From positions 54,892,913 through 54,934,000 of the forward strand of contig NC_073390.1 of assembly GCF_028641065.1 (NCBI RefSeq): DNA of 41,088 nucleotides. Direction: 5' to 3'. Positions 1 through 11,725 of the stretch are shown here, in pieces. This DNA is from Leucoraja erinacea (Eukaryota). The number at the start of each line of letters is the position of its first letter. Position 1 is the first letter of the stretch. The notes beneath the pieces were generated by a model. The model did not search any database. It saw only the letters and a list, made by a program, of their open reading frames with translations, and had not been told where the DNA came from. Both the position numbers and the translations under genes were made by a program.

Positions 1-150
1 GGACACACATACTGGAGTAACTCAGCAGGTCAAGCAGCATCTCTGGAGAACATGTATAGGGGACGTGTTGGGTCGGGACCCTTCTTCAGTCTGAGATTTC
101 TCCAGAGATGCTGCCAGACCCGCTGAGTCCAGCACTTTGTATCTTGCTTT
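1..150. mobile_element. Penelope-like terminal fragments in inverted (fold-back) arrangement
   Basis: ctcagcaggtcaagcagcatctctggagaa (21-50) is mirrored by ttctccagagatgctgccagacccgctgag (98-127); the same module recurs throughout the window. Family assignment is from recall. Confidence 0.55.
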
Positions 151-316
151 GCGAACCAACATGTTTCCTTGTTTCTACGAGGTGGCGGGGAAATGAGAGG
201 GGGGTTAGGGGTGAGGCAAAGGAAAGAGAGAGGGAGAATGGAGCTGTTATTCATAATTCCAGGGGGGGAGGGCGGGGTGTTGTGATGTTTCCCGGCTCAC
301 GAGTCTTGCTCAAATG

Positions 317-332
317 AATTGAAAGTGAAACT
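317..332 (+). promoter_or_regulatory. ISRE / IRF-binding element upstream of RBR-A
   Basis: AATTGAAAGTGAAACT matches the GAAANNGAAACT consensus, 167 bp before ATG 499; GC box (gggagggcgggg) at ~266-277. Confidence 0.75.
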
Positions 333-498
333 TCTACAGATTGGAACTCCATGGGATTGGCCGTAAGGTTCACACTTCATTGCGTTTGTTTGCAGCAAGC
401 ATCAGTCGGGTGTTGGACTTTAGAGACAGTCGGAGCGGTCGTGAACAGGCGGCAGCAACCTTTGGACACATTGGTTGGGACTGAGCATCCAGGAAAGG

Positions 499-577
499 AT
501 GACGGAGACGCCGGGAAAGTGCTACGATCCCAATGACAGCACCCTGAAGTTTGTACAGAGAAAGGACGAGATCACAG
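499..577 (+). CDS. RBR-type E3 ubiquitin ligase paralog A, coding exon 1 (gene join 499-577, 2643-2740, 2863-3036, 3514-4028)
   Basis: MTETPGKCYDPNDSTLKFVQRKDEIT(G); aligns with RBR-B exon 1; phase-1 GT donor at 578. Confidence 0.85.
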
Positions 578-1502
578 GTCTCTTTTTAAAACTCATTCGT
601 TGATATATTTTATTTGCAGACGTTTCCTGACCTACCGAGCGTTTCAAGCATCTTCCGTCTGAATGTTTGAATTGGGAAACTAATGGATTTATCAACGCTT
701 TCCTGGGGCGTGGGAGGTGACCCCGTGTGGCCAGTTCGGACGTAGCAAAAACGGTGGAGGGGGGAATGAGATTGGGTTTGTCTGAGATTCCAGCATCAGG
801 GTAGTACCGACTCGGAAGATGACTTTGTCCCCAGGGATGTCATTCATTTTCAACTACCATCCCATATTGGGGACTATTCTATGACTCTCCTGTTCCTTTA
901 CGTTCCAGATAGATTAAGGGGAGAGCGGTGTGTCATTTGCTGCAAATACCCAGTCTCTGGTGCTGGAGCGGCAGTTAATGCATGTGCACGGCCAATCTCT
1001 AGTGTGTAGGATCCCTGCGTTGTCAGGCGCTTGTGTGCTTTGAAAGATCTGCCATTTTTCGGCCCAAATCTAACATTGGTCTAAATCTAACATTTTCTGC
1101 CGAAGGGACATTCTGGTTCGATATGACAGTGTGGAGAGAAAGGGGAACGGCTGGAGGAACTTAGCCTTGTCGAGGCTCTTGGGAGGTTGTCTATTTCCCT
1201 CCACAGACTGCTCACCTTCTCTTGCAGCAGATTCCAGCTTGTGCCGTCTCCATTGCCTCCTCGTTATGTGAGACACTGCCCATAACATTGAGCACGGGTA
1301 AAATATCCATCTGCAAACGTCCCCATTGTTGATCTTATGGGGAAGGACAAGACATTGATGAAGAAGCTGAAGGTAGTTGGAGCAACAGACAATACTCTGA
1401 AACACAATGATATAATTGTTTGAAGGTTTGATGACCAAGGGCTGAGGCAACTGATCACCAATAACCAACTCTCTGTATTTGGTATAGCTTCACCATTTGA
1501 TT

Positions 1503-2143
1503 CATAGTCAGAGTCCTAGGATCATACAGAGTGGAAACAGGCCCTTTGGCCCAACTTACCCACGCCAACCAATATATCGCATCTACACTGGTCCCACGCC
1601 TGCATTTGGCCAATATCCCTCTAAACCGGTCCTATCCATGCACCTGGCTAATTGCTTCTTAAACATAGCAACAATCCCTGCCTCAACCACCTCCTCCAGC
1701 AGTGCAGTCCATACACCCAGAACCCCTTTTTGTGAAAAAGTTACCCTCAGATTCCTATTAAATCTTTTCCCCTTCACCTTAAACCTATGCCCTCTGGTTC
1801 TCGATTCACCTACTCTGGGCAAGAGACTGGCCGGCTAAACTATCTATTCATGATTTTATACACCTCTATAAGATCACCCCTCACCCTCCTGCATTCTAAG
1901 GACTAGAGTCACCGCCGGCTCAATCTCTCCCAAAAGCTCAGACTTGAATCCTGGCAACATCATTGTAAATCTGTTTTGTACCCGTTACAACTTGACAATA
2001 TCTTTCCTCTAACAAGGTGCCCAGAACTGAATACAATCCTCTCAATGCGGTCTCACCAACGTCTTATATAACTGCAACATGACTTCCCAAACTCTATACT
2101 GAACACTCTGCTACACTCCAGACTGATGAGGGCCAATGTGCCA
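1503..2143 (-). mobile_element. CR1-clade LINE 3' fragment in RBR-A intron 1
   Basis: ORF 1583-1822 (ESRTRGHRFKVKG...FSQKGVLGVW) is a CR1 ORF2 C-terminus, followed by the 3' UTR. Confidence 0.85.
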
Positions 2144-2642
2144 ATTGCCCATTGGTTTTTCACAGGGCCACCTTGAGATTCAACTGGGTCAAATAGTGTA
2201 GTTCTCAGCTCCAAGTGTAGTCAGTCTGATCTAGTAATCTACTCCTTGCTATGTGCTGGCACCATATCTATAATGAGGGCTGCAGCTTGTTCTAGATATG
2301 AGCATTGTGTGGCAAAGTGAATGGTCCATGGTATCTCCTTTGCTAGCAATATGGGAGGAACAAGTTAGAAAGGTTGACCTCTTCAAAGTTTGCAGGTGAT
2401 GGATAATGCCAGGGAATGGAAGGGCTGGGTGGGGAGGGTGAGTAGACCAGGAAGTTACACACACAGAGTGATCCCAGCAGAAAGGGGGAGAGAGTTTGCT
2501 GGTTGACTTTGTCCTTCTTTTGTAAACAAGATATATTGGGACAATTCTCTACATTTATGGAGAGTTTACTTTATATTTTTATGTCAGAATTTGCTTGTTA
2601 TAAAAGTTATGCCAGAACTCTAATGAAAGATCTCATTTGTAG

Positions 2643-2740
2643 GTGATGATGACCCAAATGTTCTCAGAGTGGAGATGTCCTGTGGACATGCTGTGGACCC
2701 CACAGCACTGACCGGATGGTGCCGTAGCCTGATAGATCGT
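2643..2740 (+). CDS. RBR paralog A exon 2 (RING1-like N-half)
   Basis: AG at 2641-2642, GTAAGT at 2741; GDDDPNVLRVEMSCGHAVDPTALTGWCRSLIDR; 98 nt, same length as RBR-B exon 2. Confidence 0.9.
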
Positions 2741-2862
2741 GTAAGTATTTCTGGCAATCAGTTTCCATGCACTTTTCATTCATTTTAACTCTTGCATGGC
2801 CTTGCATCGAAGCAAACGTTAACATTGGTATTTTTGTTTGCAACACCCAATACCTATGTTAG

Positions 2863-3036
2863 GGTCATTTCACATTCCACTGCCCTGCTATAAAGGATGG
2901 AACAGAAGGAAAGTGCAACAAGGAATGGCCCTATGTGGAGGTTCGCAGGCATGCGTTGCTGACTGACGATGAACAGAAGTATTTTGAAGAGAAGGTTGCC
3001 TTACTCGCTGCGGCAAAGTACTGTGAATTCAGCACG
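2863..3036 (+). CDS. RBR paralog A exon 3 (RING1-like C-half and linker helix)
   Basis: AG/GT bounded, 174 nt as in RBR-B; GHFTFHCPAIKDGTEGKCNKEWPYVEVRRHALLTDDEQKYFEEKVALLAAAKYCEFST. Confidence 0.9.
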
Positions 3037-3513
3037 GTAATACAGCACCTTATTTATAATAAATGGTAACAAAATTCATAACAGGAATTGAGAAAATCCA
3101 AATTGGCAAGATGGAAATGGGCATAGGCAATCACAAGTACATATTTGCAAGAAGCAGAATTAGGCCATTCGGCCCATCAAGTCCACACCGCCATTCAACC
3201 ATGGCTAATCTATGTTTCCCTCTCAACCCCATTCTCCTATATAGTTTCAGTAGGAGGGAACTGAAGATACTGGTATGCACTGAAGATAGACTGAAAATGA
3301 TAGAGTAATTCAACTGGACAGGCAGCACGTCTGGATAGAAAGAGTGGATGATGTTTCTACCTGAAACCTCACCTAGTCCTATCCAGAAATGCTGCCTGTC
3401 CCACTGAGTTACTCCAGCATTTTGTGACTATCTTTGGTTTAAACCAGCATCTGCAGTTCCTTCCTATACATATTTTATTTCAGTGTTGAAGTCATTGTTC
3501 TGTCTTTCTTCAG

Positions 3514-4028
3514 TGCCCTGGATGCCAGACTTGTGTCGAGCGAAAAGATCTGACAAATCTTTCAGTGAGATGTTCCATTTGTACAGCGCAAAATGGAAGA
3601 TGCTATGAATTTTGCTGGCAATGTTCGAAGGAATGGAAGGGCCAAGCACCCCCCGTTCTGATCGATGCGACAATGAAGGATGCACAAACATTCAGCTGGA
3701 CGCCCTTAAGAAATGTGACATGAAAACTTTATTTTACAGTAAAATCCAATGCCCTAAATTCCGCGCTTGTCCCACATGTGGGATTACTATAGAGCATAAA
3801 GAAATGTGCAAGTATATCCTGTGCTCCAGGTGTCATGTGGAGTTTTGCTTTGCTTGTCTTAAGACCAAAGCAGTTTGTGAAAGATCATCTGACTTTTCTG
3901 CTACTTGTGCTAATCCCGTGGCCCCGAGGCAAACAAGTATTCCCACGTGGACTCGCACTACAAATGTTACTCATCAATCACCAATACCAACCACCAATAA
4001 TGAGAATTCATGGTGCACAATTTTATAA
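3514..4028 (+). CDS. RBR paralog A exon 4 (IBR + RING2 + CaaX tail); frameshift at 3649-3654 (assembly error or pseudogene)
   Basis: CPGCQTCVERKDLTNLSVRCSIC...FCWQCSKEWKG in the spliced frame, then PRSDRCDNEGC...CPTCGITIEHKEMCKYILCSRCHVEFCFAC...CTIL* in another frame; the unshifted frame stops at TGA 3721-3723. Confidence 0.85.
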
Positions 4029-4674
4029 AGCAAGTATCAGTTTGTGCAAAAACAGGAAAAGGTTTCAGGCACGGTAAATGAAGCATTGCCAATAAGCAAA
4101 TTGATAATCATTGTTGACTTTATTAAGATGCTACTTATTGCTAATAATGTGAATAAATAGATTTTGTATGGTAATTACGCAATATGCCATCCTGCAACAA
4201 AATATGATCACCTCAATTATAATTTCATTTTGTATCCATAATAATGTTAACTCTGAATTAATGTAGCATTTAGTCTGAGTATCTGTTTAATTTCAAGGTA
4301 ACATCAAAACCTGACTCGTATTTCATTTTGGATGTGGGTGAAACTTCAAATCTCTGTGTTGATGGTTTGAACAACCAAGGGTACTTTATTTTGAAATTTA
4401 TATTTTAAAATTTGCTTCTTAAATATGTGAATGCATTATGCAAAATTAATTTAATTGCATTTTTTCCTTCAATATTAAATTAAATTTACATTTTAAATAT
4501 TCAAAGTAATGGGCAGGAAATCACTATTTAAATATTGATAAATCAGCTGCCTGTGCACTGTTTTAACCTGTAGAATGCATACTGGTATTGGTTTGTGTGG
4601 CTCGGACAGGGTTTTTCATATAAGTTTGTTATGTTATTCATGTTATACCAACTCTGTAATGTTTGATTTCTTCA

Positions 4675-4680
4675 AATAAA
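4675..4680 (+). terminator. Candidate polyadenylation signal of RBR-A (alternative at 4152-4157)
   Basis: AATAAA after an AT-rich 3' UTR-like region; the site actually used cannot be determined from sequence. Confidence 0.35.
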
Positions 4681-5015
4681 ATGACCAGACGTTTGGCACA
4701 AGAATTCTGCATATTTGTATTGAAAATGTACAAAATGTCTCTCGTGACACAGAATAAATGGGCAAGAATTAGATGTGAAACAATTAGAAGCTATTTCCAA
4801 AATCCAATACCTACCTGAGAAAAAGAAGTTGGTAGTTTTTGTATAACTTTCTTTTAATACTGTTTAACGAGCATCCAGAACATCTCTACAATATCTGTGG
4901 AAGTCACAGAAATATCACGGTCTTCATATACAGAGTTCACACATACGTGTATGAGTCATTTATATTAGGAGCAGGTGTAGCCCGTTGATCAGCTCCACTA
5001 CTAAAGACTGGTTGA

Positions 5016-8000
5016 TTTTATTTCGGAGTCACGTGAGTGACTACGTGAAGAACCCGCCTCAGGACGCATGTGCGGCATTACGTTTCAGCAGGCAACAGCG
5101 GCAGGCGGGAGACAGGGCTCCCGTAACAACCAGAAAAACTAAGCTTTAGGTAAGTACTTACCTTTATTTTAACAGCCCCTTCGCGTCTGCTTGTTCCCCG
5201 CAGGGCATGCAAGCGGCCCCCTTGGACTCCGGGGAAGGAGTGTTCCGTTCGCGGAAGGGGGGGAAAGACGCCACCAGGACCGCACACACGGCGGACCATG
5301 GATGGGAGCTGTGCCGGTGCCGGTACCACTCCACAGGGGCGACAACGGGAAGACGGCGCTTGCACTGCGTTGGAGGTTCCCCTCAGTCCTCGCTCGCCCT
5401 CGAGTAACTGGCCAGGTGAGGCAGGCAGGCGGGCGGGCGGAGGCTTCCGACCATTCGGAGCCGATGAGGGGGACCCACGACGCAGTGTTGGCGTGGAGTG
5501 CGCTGCACTCTAACAGCAGCCCGAGTGCATGAGAGAGAGAGAGCGCACCGCGGCAGGACCGCTAACCAGCGCCCCGCTCCCGACACTGCACCAAGCCCGT
5601 CAACACTTCAGCAACGGGCTGGGGAAAACGCTGCACCTGCCTGCTCAACGGAGGACGTCTCATTGCGGGGGCAGCAACAGGCGGTAGGACCGCTTAGTGG
5701 GCGGTCCGCTACCCCGACACCACGACCGAGCCAGCCCGCTAGCGCCTGAGCAGCGGGCTGGATGTATGCAAAACCGGCCGGTGGTGCCGACATCGGACGG
5801 GGACGTCTCTCCACCCAGGAGGGGGAGAGACAGCCGCCTGAGCTGCAGGAGCGGCTCTTGGGCATTGGAGAGGTGAGTTGCAGTTGTGTTTTTTTTGCAG
5901 GTTTCAGGAACGCAACGCAGAAAACTCAAAAGATAAACTGCCCCGCTCCAACTCTACCAGCGGGGCAGCAACCAGCGGCAGCGTCGCTCGCAGAGCGTTT
6001 TTCGCTATCCCTGAGACCGAGCCAAGCCCAGTCTCGCCAGAGCCTGCACGGCGGACTGGGAAAGCGGCCAGGAAGCCAAACGGCCGGTCGTCTCCGACTC
6101 GTCGGAGGGGGACATGTCTCCACCAAAGCAGAGAGAGACAGCCGCCTGAGCTGCATTTAGCAGCTCCTGGAGGAGAAGGTCCACCGGGAACAGCAGCGCT
6201 CCCGGCGAGACAGGACAGGCACCTCCTCCATAGTGTCGTGTCAGGCACTGCCCTTTGCTACCCTCATACCACGGGTTGGAGCAGGAGGCTAGCATTGGTG
6301 ACCAGGGCAGGGCTGGTCTGCAAATGGGGCAGGCGGACAAAATCGGGAGTATGCATGAGGTGCAGGATCAGGAACAGCTGTTGGGTGTGGTGGACCGCTT
6401 CGTAGCAACCCCACAGGCTGGAGCACCGCCGGAGCCAAAAAATGGCAGCCAGTATTAACCACCTATCCAACAAACCTCTACTGAAGAAGGTGCTCGCAGG
6501 AAGTGCTGGTATTAAGGTGTACCACACAATTCGAACTAAACAATCTCCGGAGGGAAATATAAGACCTGCCCTCAATCTCAAAATTTGCAGGCTTGAGTAA
6601 AGCCCCAGCTGCGGAGGCAGACTCACTGCTATTTGGGGAGAGATCTGAACAAAAAGCTGAAGGAGATGGAAGAGGCATCAAAAACCTTCGGCATCATGAG
6701 GGCAGGCCCCGGGACGAGCAAACCACGACTTCCGATACCCAAGCGGCAGCACCCCACGGCATCCACCAGTCGACGTCTAGAATATGGGACTGGTGAACGC
6801 TTGGGGCCGCATTATCCCCAAAGATCTTTTAGATCAGGGCCCGCCGCGGACCCCCTGGAAAATGCGCCTCCCCCCAACGTCGCCAGCACGTCGTCAGAAC
6901 AAAAGCACTCAGAAAACAGAAAAGACAAAACCGCCAATAACCATGGAGGTAGGTGGGTCTGGTTCCTACCAGCATATAGAGCTCTTTCCTGGACTATCTT
7001 GGGTTTCATATTAATTCAGTCCACGTAACTATAATGTTGCCAAGAGACAACATAATAAACAAGCAACAAATTAATGGTCAACAAACTACCAACTACTCGA
7101 CAAGTAACAGAGTAATTGGGAAAATGGTAGCATTTCTGTCTACATGATTCAGACCTTAGTATCAAAAACAACATATACGTTGTCATTGAGCATCTCATGA
7201 AGTTACCCACTGAAGTAATATCAGAAAGACAGTGGTGGGGTTTACCACTTATACTGGGCATTAAGTATCTAAAAAATGTTCGGGTGAATTTTATGGATTT
7301 AAAGCACTTGCATGTACGGTTATAAATAGACTACACTACGGTGGTGGCCTACATTAACCATATGGGTGGCATAAAGTCGGTATCATGTGACAAGTTGGTC
7401 AAAACAATTTGGCAATGGTGTGTCCAAAGATGTATTTGACTATCAGCAACTTACCTGCCAGGTAAGCTAAATACAGTGACAGACACCAGGTCACATAAAT
7501 TTAATGACAACATCGATTAGATGTTTTTTATAAAAAAGTTTTAACAAAACTATCAAGCTATATGACACGCCAGATATTAATGCATTTCGTTGTCTCTGTA
7601 CTGTACACTGACAATGACAATTAAAAATCTGAATCTGATATCGATTATCTGCATCAACGCTAAATCACCAGGTGTTTGGGGATGTCCTATGTATGTCGCG
7701 TGGGAACCAGACCCTGGGGCAGCAAATGCGTTCGCGCTGCATTGGTGAAATTATTTCTATGTATTTCTTCCCTTCTGCCTCATCAATCGAGGACTACGCA
7801 CAGTACAAAAGGATTCTGCTTCAGGTATTTGATAGTACCTGACGGACTTACGCAGCCATGGTTCCCTATACGACATGACATGGTTGTTGAAACTTCGATG
7901 GTATTTCCCAGTAACCCAGAATTATTAACAATCGGAGCCGGGCACAAGTCAACTGTGCCATGGGAAAATCAAGCTCCTGGGTTGCAGATTCTGCACAAGC

Positions 8001-9448
8001 CATATCTGGGACTGGGATTGTTATACTGAACCATCGACACCATGTCAGCATCCTTCTGAACATCCACTGGACTACAGCACTTGTCCAGCATCAAGAGAAG
8101 TACTGCAAGGATACAGGGATAACCTACTCAACCGCTACAGTTACTACGAACTGGAATTCCTGGTGAACCTTCATCATGATGAAGGATTCGGCTACAGTAC
8201 CATCAACACAGCTAGAATTGCCCTGCCTGTTTTTTCAAAACAGCTACAGGACAACAGGCCATGGGGTCACTGGCTGGGGGTAAATCTTTGAAGGGTATTA
8301 CAACTCTAAATCCCTAGACCAGGTACACCCATATACGGGATGTCACAGTGGTATAACCATACCTCAGGGGATGCCCACCAGCCAGATCCCTAAACCTGAA
8401 CCTTCTATGCACTAAACACATATGTTGAGGGCACACGGAGCAGCACAGAGGGTCCAGTCACTACTCCTATTGCAACTGGACACCATGCTCACAGCTTCAG
8501 ACCAGATCTCTATCATTGTCCAGGGAATGGTCAAACCAAACCAGGAACACCTTATCCAGTCATAAAACCCGGGCTTACCCGCCAGAAAACACGGTAATGT
8601 GCCGTGACCCTATTACCTTACATAGACACAACCTAAATATTCGAGGGAGATGAAAAGCCTTGTGGGTTGGTCACAAAAAACCTTGTGGTCGGGAAACAAG
8701 CCTTTTTTGGGATGGCTCAAGCAGGTATTAAAGCTCCTGGGATAAAACTAACATGTACAAAGTTTTCATTCCACAGGACAAGCTTCCACGTCAACGGCAA
8801 AAGAATGGACGTGCCTATAAACCACATCCTGGCTACAGCAGAATGGTGGGGGTAAAACGTTCAGAGAAATAATTTATTATAAACTGTTGACAAAACCTGT
8901 TTTTATTTGCAGGAAAGATTCCAATCTGCAAATATTTAAATTAGCCAAGGGGAGCATTTAAATTTCTTCATTGTTATTGTAAAATACCATTGTGTTTCTA
9001 TAAACAGATTCATTGGTTGATTACGATAACACACTTCCTCCCTCAAAGACTTCGGCAGTGATGTAGTAATAGCTGTTACACGGTTTGAAATCACAGAAGC
9101 TTTGAAATCTTCACGTAGTCACTCACGTGACTCCGAAGTAAAATAGTAAGATTAAACGAGAACTTACCAGTTTGAAGTTTGATCTGTATTTTATGAGGAG
9201 TTACGATGAGGGATTACGTGCCCTCCGCTCCCACCCTCATTATATGGGTCAAACTGATAAATTGATGTCTCTTTGTCTTTACTATGTTACTTCAAATACT
9301 TGTGTCTATCTGTGATTCCACACCGCTGCTTTGAAGTATGCTGCACATGCGTCCTGAGGCGGGTTCTTCACGTAATCCCTCATCGTAACTCCTCATAAAA
9401 TACAGATCAAACTTCAAACTGGTAAGTTCTCGTTTAATCTTACTATTT
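5016..9448 (+). mobile_element. DIRS1-like tyrosine-recombinase retrotransposon: complete termini, degenerate coding regions
   Basis: ITRs 5042-5077 / 9339-9374; internal complementary region 9109-9220 matches both ends; RNase H remnant IDYTTVVAYINHMGG...YLPGKLN (~7310-7500); MT-like remnant (YVAWEPDP, FYVFLPFCLI, TQPWFP); YR remnant (~8000-8880, ...MDVPINHILATAEW); many stops and frameshifts. Confidence 0.92.
7578..7636 (+). mobile_element. Very short non-LTR retroelement 3' tail nested in the DIRS element
   Basis: aatgcatttcgttgtctctgtactgtacactgacaatgacaattaaaa + (aatctg)n, near-identical to ~32744-32810; flanked by a GATAT duplication (7573-7577 / 7637-7641). Confidence 0.75.
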
Positions 9449-10024
9449 GATTGTAAACTCCACATTTCCATCTACGTACAGTTAACTTTCACTCCCTCAC
9501 TATTGAAGAATCGTTCAACCACTGCCCTAACCCAACCACTTCACTTCCACTATTCTTTGGGGAAACATTTCAAAGACTGGCAACCATCTGCTAGAAAAAT
9601 AAAACAATATCTGACCTTGTTATATATTCATTTTGTTGGATCTGGCTCTTGCTGGTAAGGCCTGCCATTATCGCCCAGCCCTCTTTGTCCTTAGAAGGTG
9701 GTGGTGGGCTGTCTTCTTGAACCAATCCAGTCTTTCTGGTGAAAGCACTTCCCCAGTGTGATCGGGGAGGGAGCTCCAGGACTTAGTCAGCAACAATGAA
9801 GGACCAGCAACTAATTTTCGAGTCAGGGAGGGCAGAATGAGGCCACACACAATTTGAAGGAACATATTTCATATTTCACTTGGGCAGCTAACAAGCTCGA
9901 GGGTATCGTCCCAAAACGTTACCCATTCCTCTCCAGAGATGCTGCCTGTCTCGTTGACTTACTCCAGATTCTGTGTCTATCTTATAGGTAGATGGGACTA
10001 GGGGAGAATAAGTGTTTGGCAAGG

Positions 10025-10385
10025 ACTAGAAGGGCCGAGATGGCTTGTTTCCGTGCTGTAATTGTTATATGGTTATATCTTTGGTATGAATATTGAGTTC
10101 TTCAATTTCAAGTAGCCCTTGTATTCCATCCCCATTCCTACCCCACCCTAGTTGTCCTGCCAGATCCACTGTTTGCATCGCCACTTCCACAGCCAACAAT
10201 GGACCATTGTGGGCTCCACCTTTCCTTGGTCATCGGTGCTGGCTCTGATTTGTTCTGAACCTTGTCATACCTCTGGTTTGCCTCTCCCTTGACAGTCTGC
10301 AGAAGGGTTTCAACACAGAACAGTCACATCCATTTTCTCCAGTGATGCTGCCTGACATTTGAGTTACTCCAGCCTTTTGTGTCTC
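10025..10385 (+). mobile_element. Penelope-like / mixed retroelement fragment
   Basis: Ends in the recurring gaagggt...ttctccag...gagttactccagc module also seen at 23460-23540, 29879-29970, 31130-31260 and 38880-38985. Confidence 0.5.
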
Positions 10386-10654
10386 ACTTTGGGCAGTGGA
10401 ACCGGCAGGTGGTGGCATTTCCATGCACCTATTGACCTTGTCCTTACTTGGACAGAGAAGACAGGGGTTTGAAAGGTCCTCTTTGGAGTAGCCTGGATGA
10501 GTAACTGTGGCAGGGTTATTGGTGGTGGAGGTACAGGCAAACCTGCATTACTGAGGGAGGAAGTTGATACATTCCAGGAAACCAGTCCATACCATGATTT
10601 TACGTAAAGCCGAGCTGCGACACCTGTATAGGCATCAAGAAGCACGTTTGTGTT

Positions 10655-10800
10655 GAGTTGCTGCTGTCCAGCACCAGAGACCCAGGTTCAATCCTGACTA
10701 AGGGGGCTGTCTGTATGGAGTTTGTATGTTCTCCCTGTGACAGCGTGGGTTTTCACAGAGAGCTTGGGTTTCCTCCCACACTCCAATGACGGACAGGTTT
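10655..10800 (+). mobile_element. V-SINE (HE1-like) fragment
   Basis: tRNA-like head plus V-domain (tgtatggagtttgtatgttctccctgtg...ggtttcctcccacactcca). Confidence 0.75.
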
Positions 10801-10801
10801 T

Positions 10802-10922
10802 TATGGAGAGAAGGCAGGTACAGGATACTGAGTTGGATGATCAGCCATGATCATATTGAATGGCGGTGCAGGCTCGAAGGGCCGAATGGCCTACTCCTGC
10901 ACCTATTTTCTATGTTTCTATG
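10802..10922 (+). mobile_element. Young CR1 (HER1-like) LINE 3' tail
   Basis: Near-identical to the tails at 18656-18782 and 39600-39720; ends in (tttctatg)n. Confidence 0.85.
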
Positions 10923-11399
10923 ATTGAATGGCAGAGTAGACTTGATGGGGTGAATGGACTAATTCTGTTCCTCCAACTTATGAGCTTGTGTTCAATTTTG
11001 CTTTCTACAAATTCAAAGTGTGATGATCAAGCACCACTGTTACACATTGCTCTTCAGTTAATGTGAGCGTTTGCCATCAAATGACCACAGCAATACTTCA
11101 TGTCATTGCACAATCATTTATTCAGTTGATATTAAGCATATCATTCACAATAGGCCATTGAAATGATTGGTGACTGCATCAAATAATACCAATTCCATCA
11201 CATGCAATACAAATTATCTTATGTTAAAGAACTTGGGGAGGTTTAAGTCCTTTGGCAGTAAATGATAAATGATCGGCTAATTTTAGACCCTGAATTTACT
11301 AAACAGAAGTAAGCAAAACAAAACTGAACGAGTCTCTCAATAATAGTGAAAAACACATTTCTATCATGTTAGTGCATTTGTTCCCTCAAAGCTGCAGAC

Positions 11400-11725
11400 A
11401 ACATGGTCCCTGTGTTTGGGGAGTCCAGAACCAGGGGTCACAGTTTAAGATTAAAGGGTCGGACATTTAGGACTAAGTTCAGGAAAAACATTTTCACCCA
11501 GAGAGTTGTGAATCTGTGGAATTCTCTGCCACAGAAGGCAGTGGAGGACAATTCACTGGATGTTTTCAAGAGAGAGCTCTTAGGGCTAATGGAATCAAGG
11601 GATATGGAGAAAAAGCAGAAATGGAGTACTGTTTTTGGATGATCAGCCATGATCATATTGAATGATGGTGTTGGCTCGAAGGGCCGAATGGCCGACTCCT
11701 GCAACTATTTTCAATAATTCTATGT
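11400..11725 (+). mobile_element. CR1 LINE 3' fragment
   Basis: ESRTRGHSLRLKG...FTQRVVNLWNSLP. Confidence 0.88.

Noticed and set aside
5078-7028. Many overlapping GC-rich ORFs
   Set aside because: They lie within the decayed DIRS gag-like region; not host genes.
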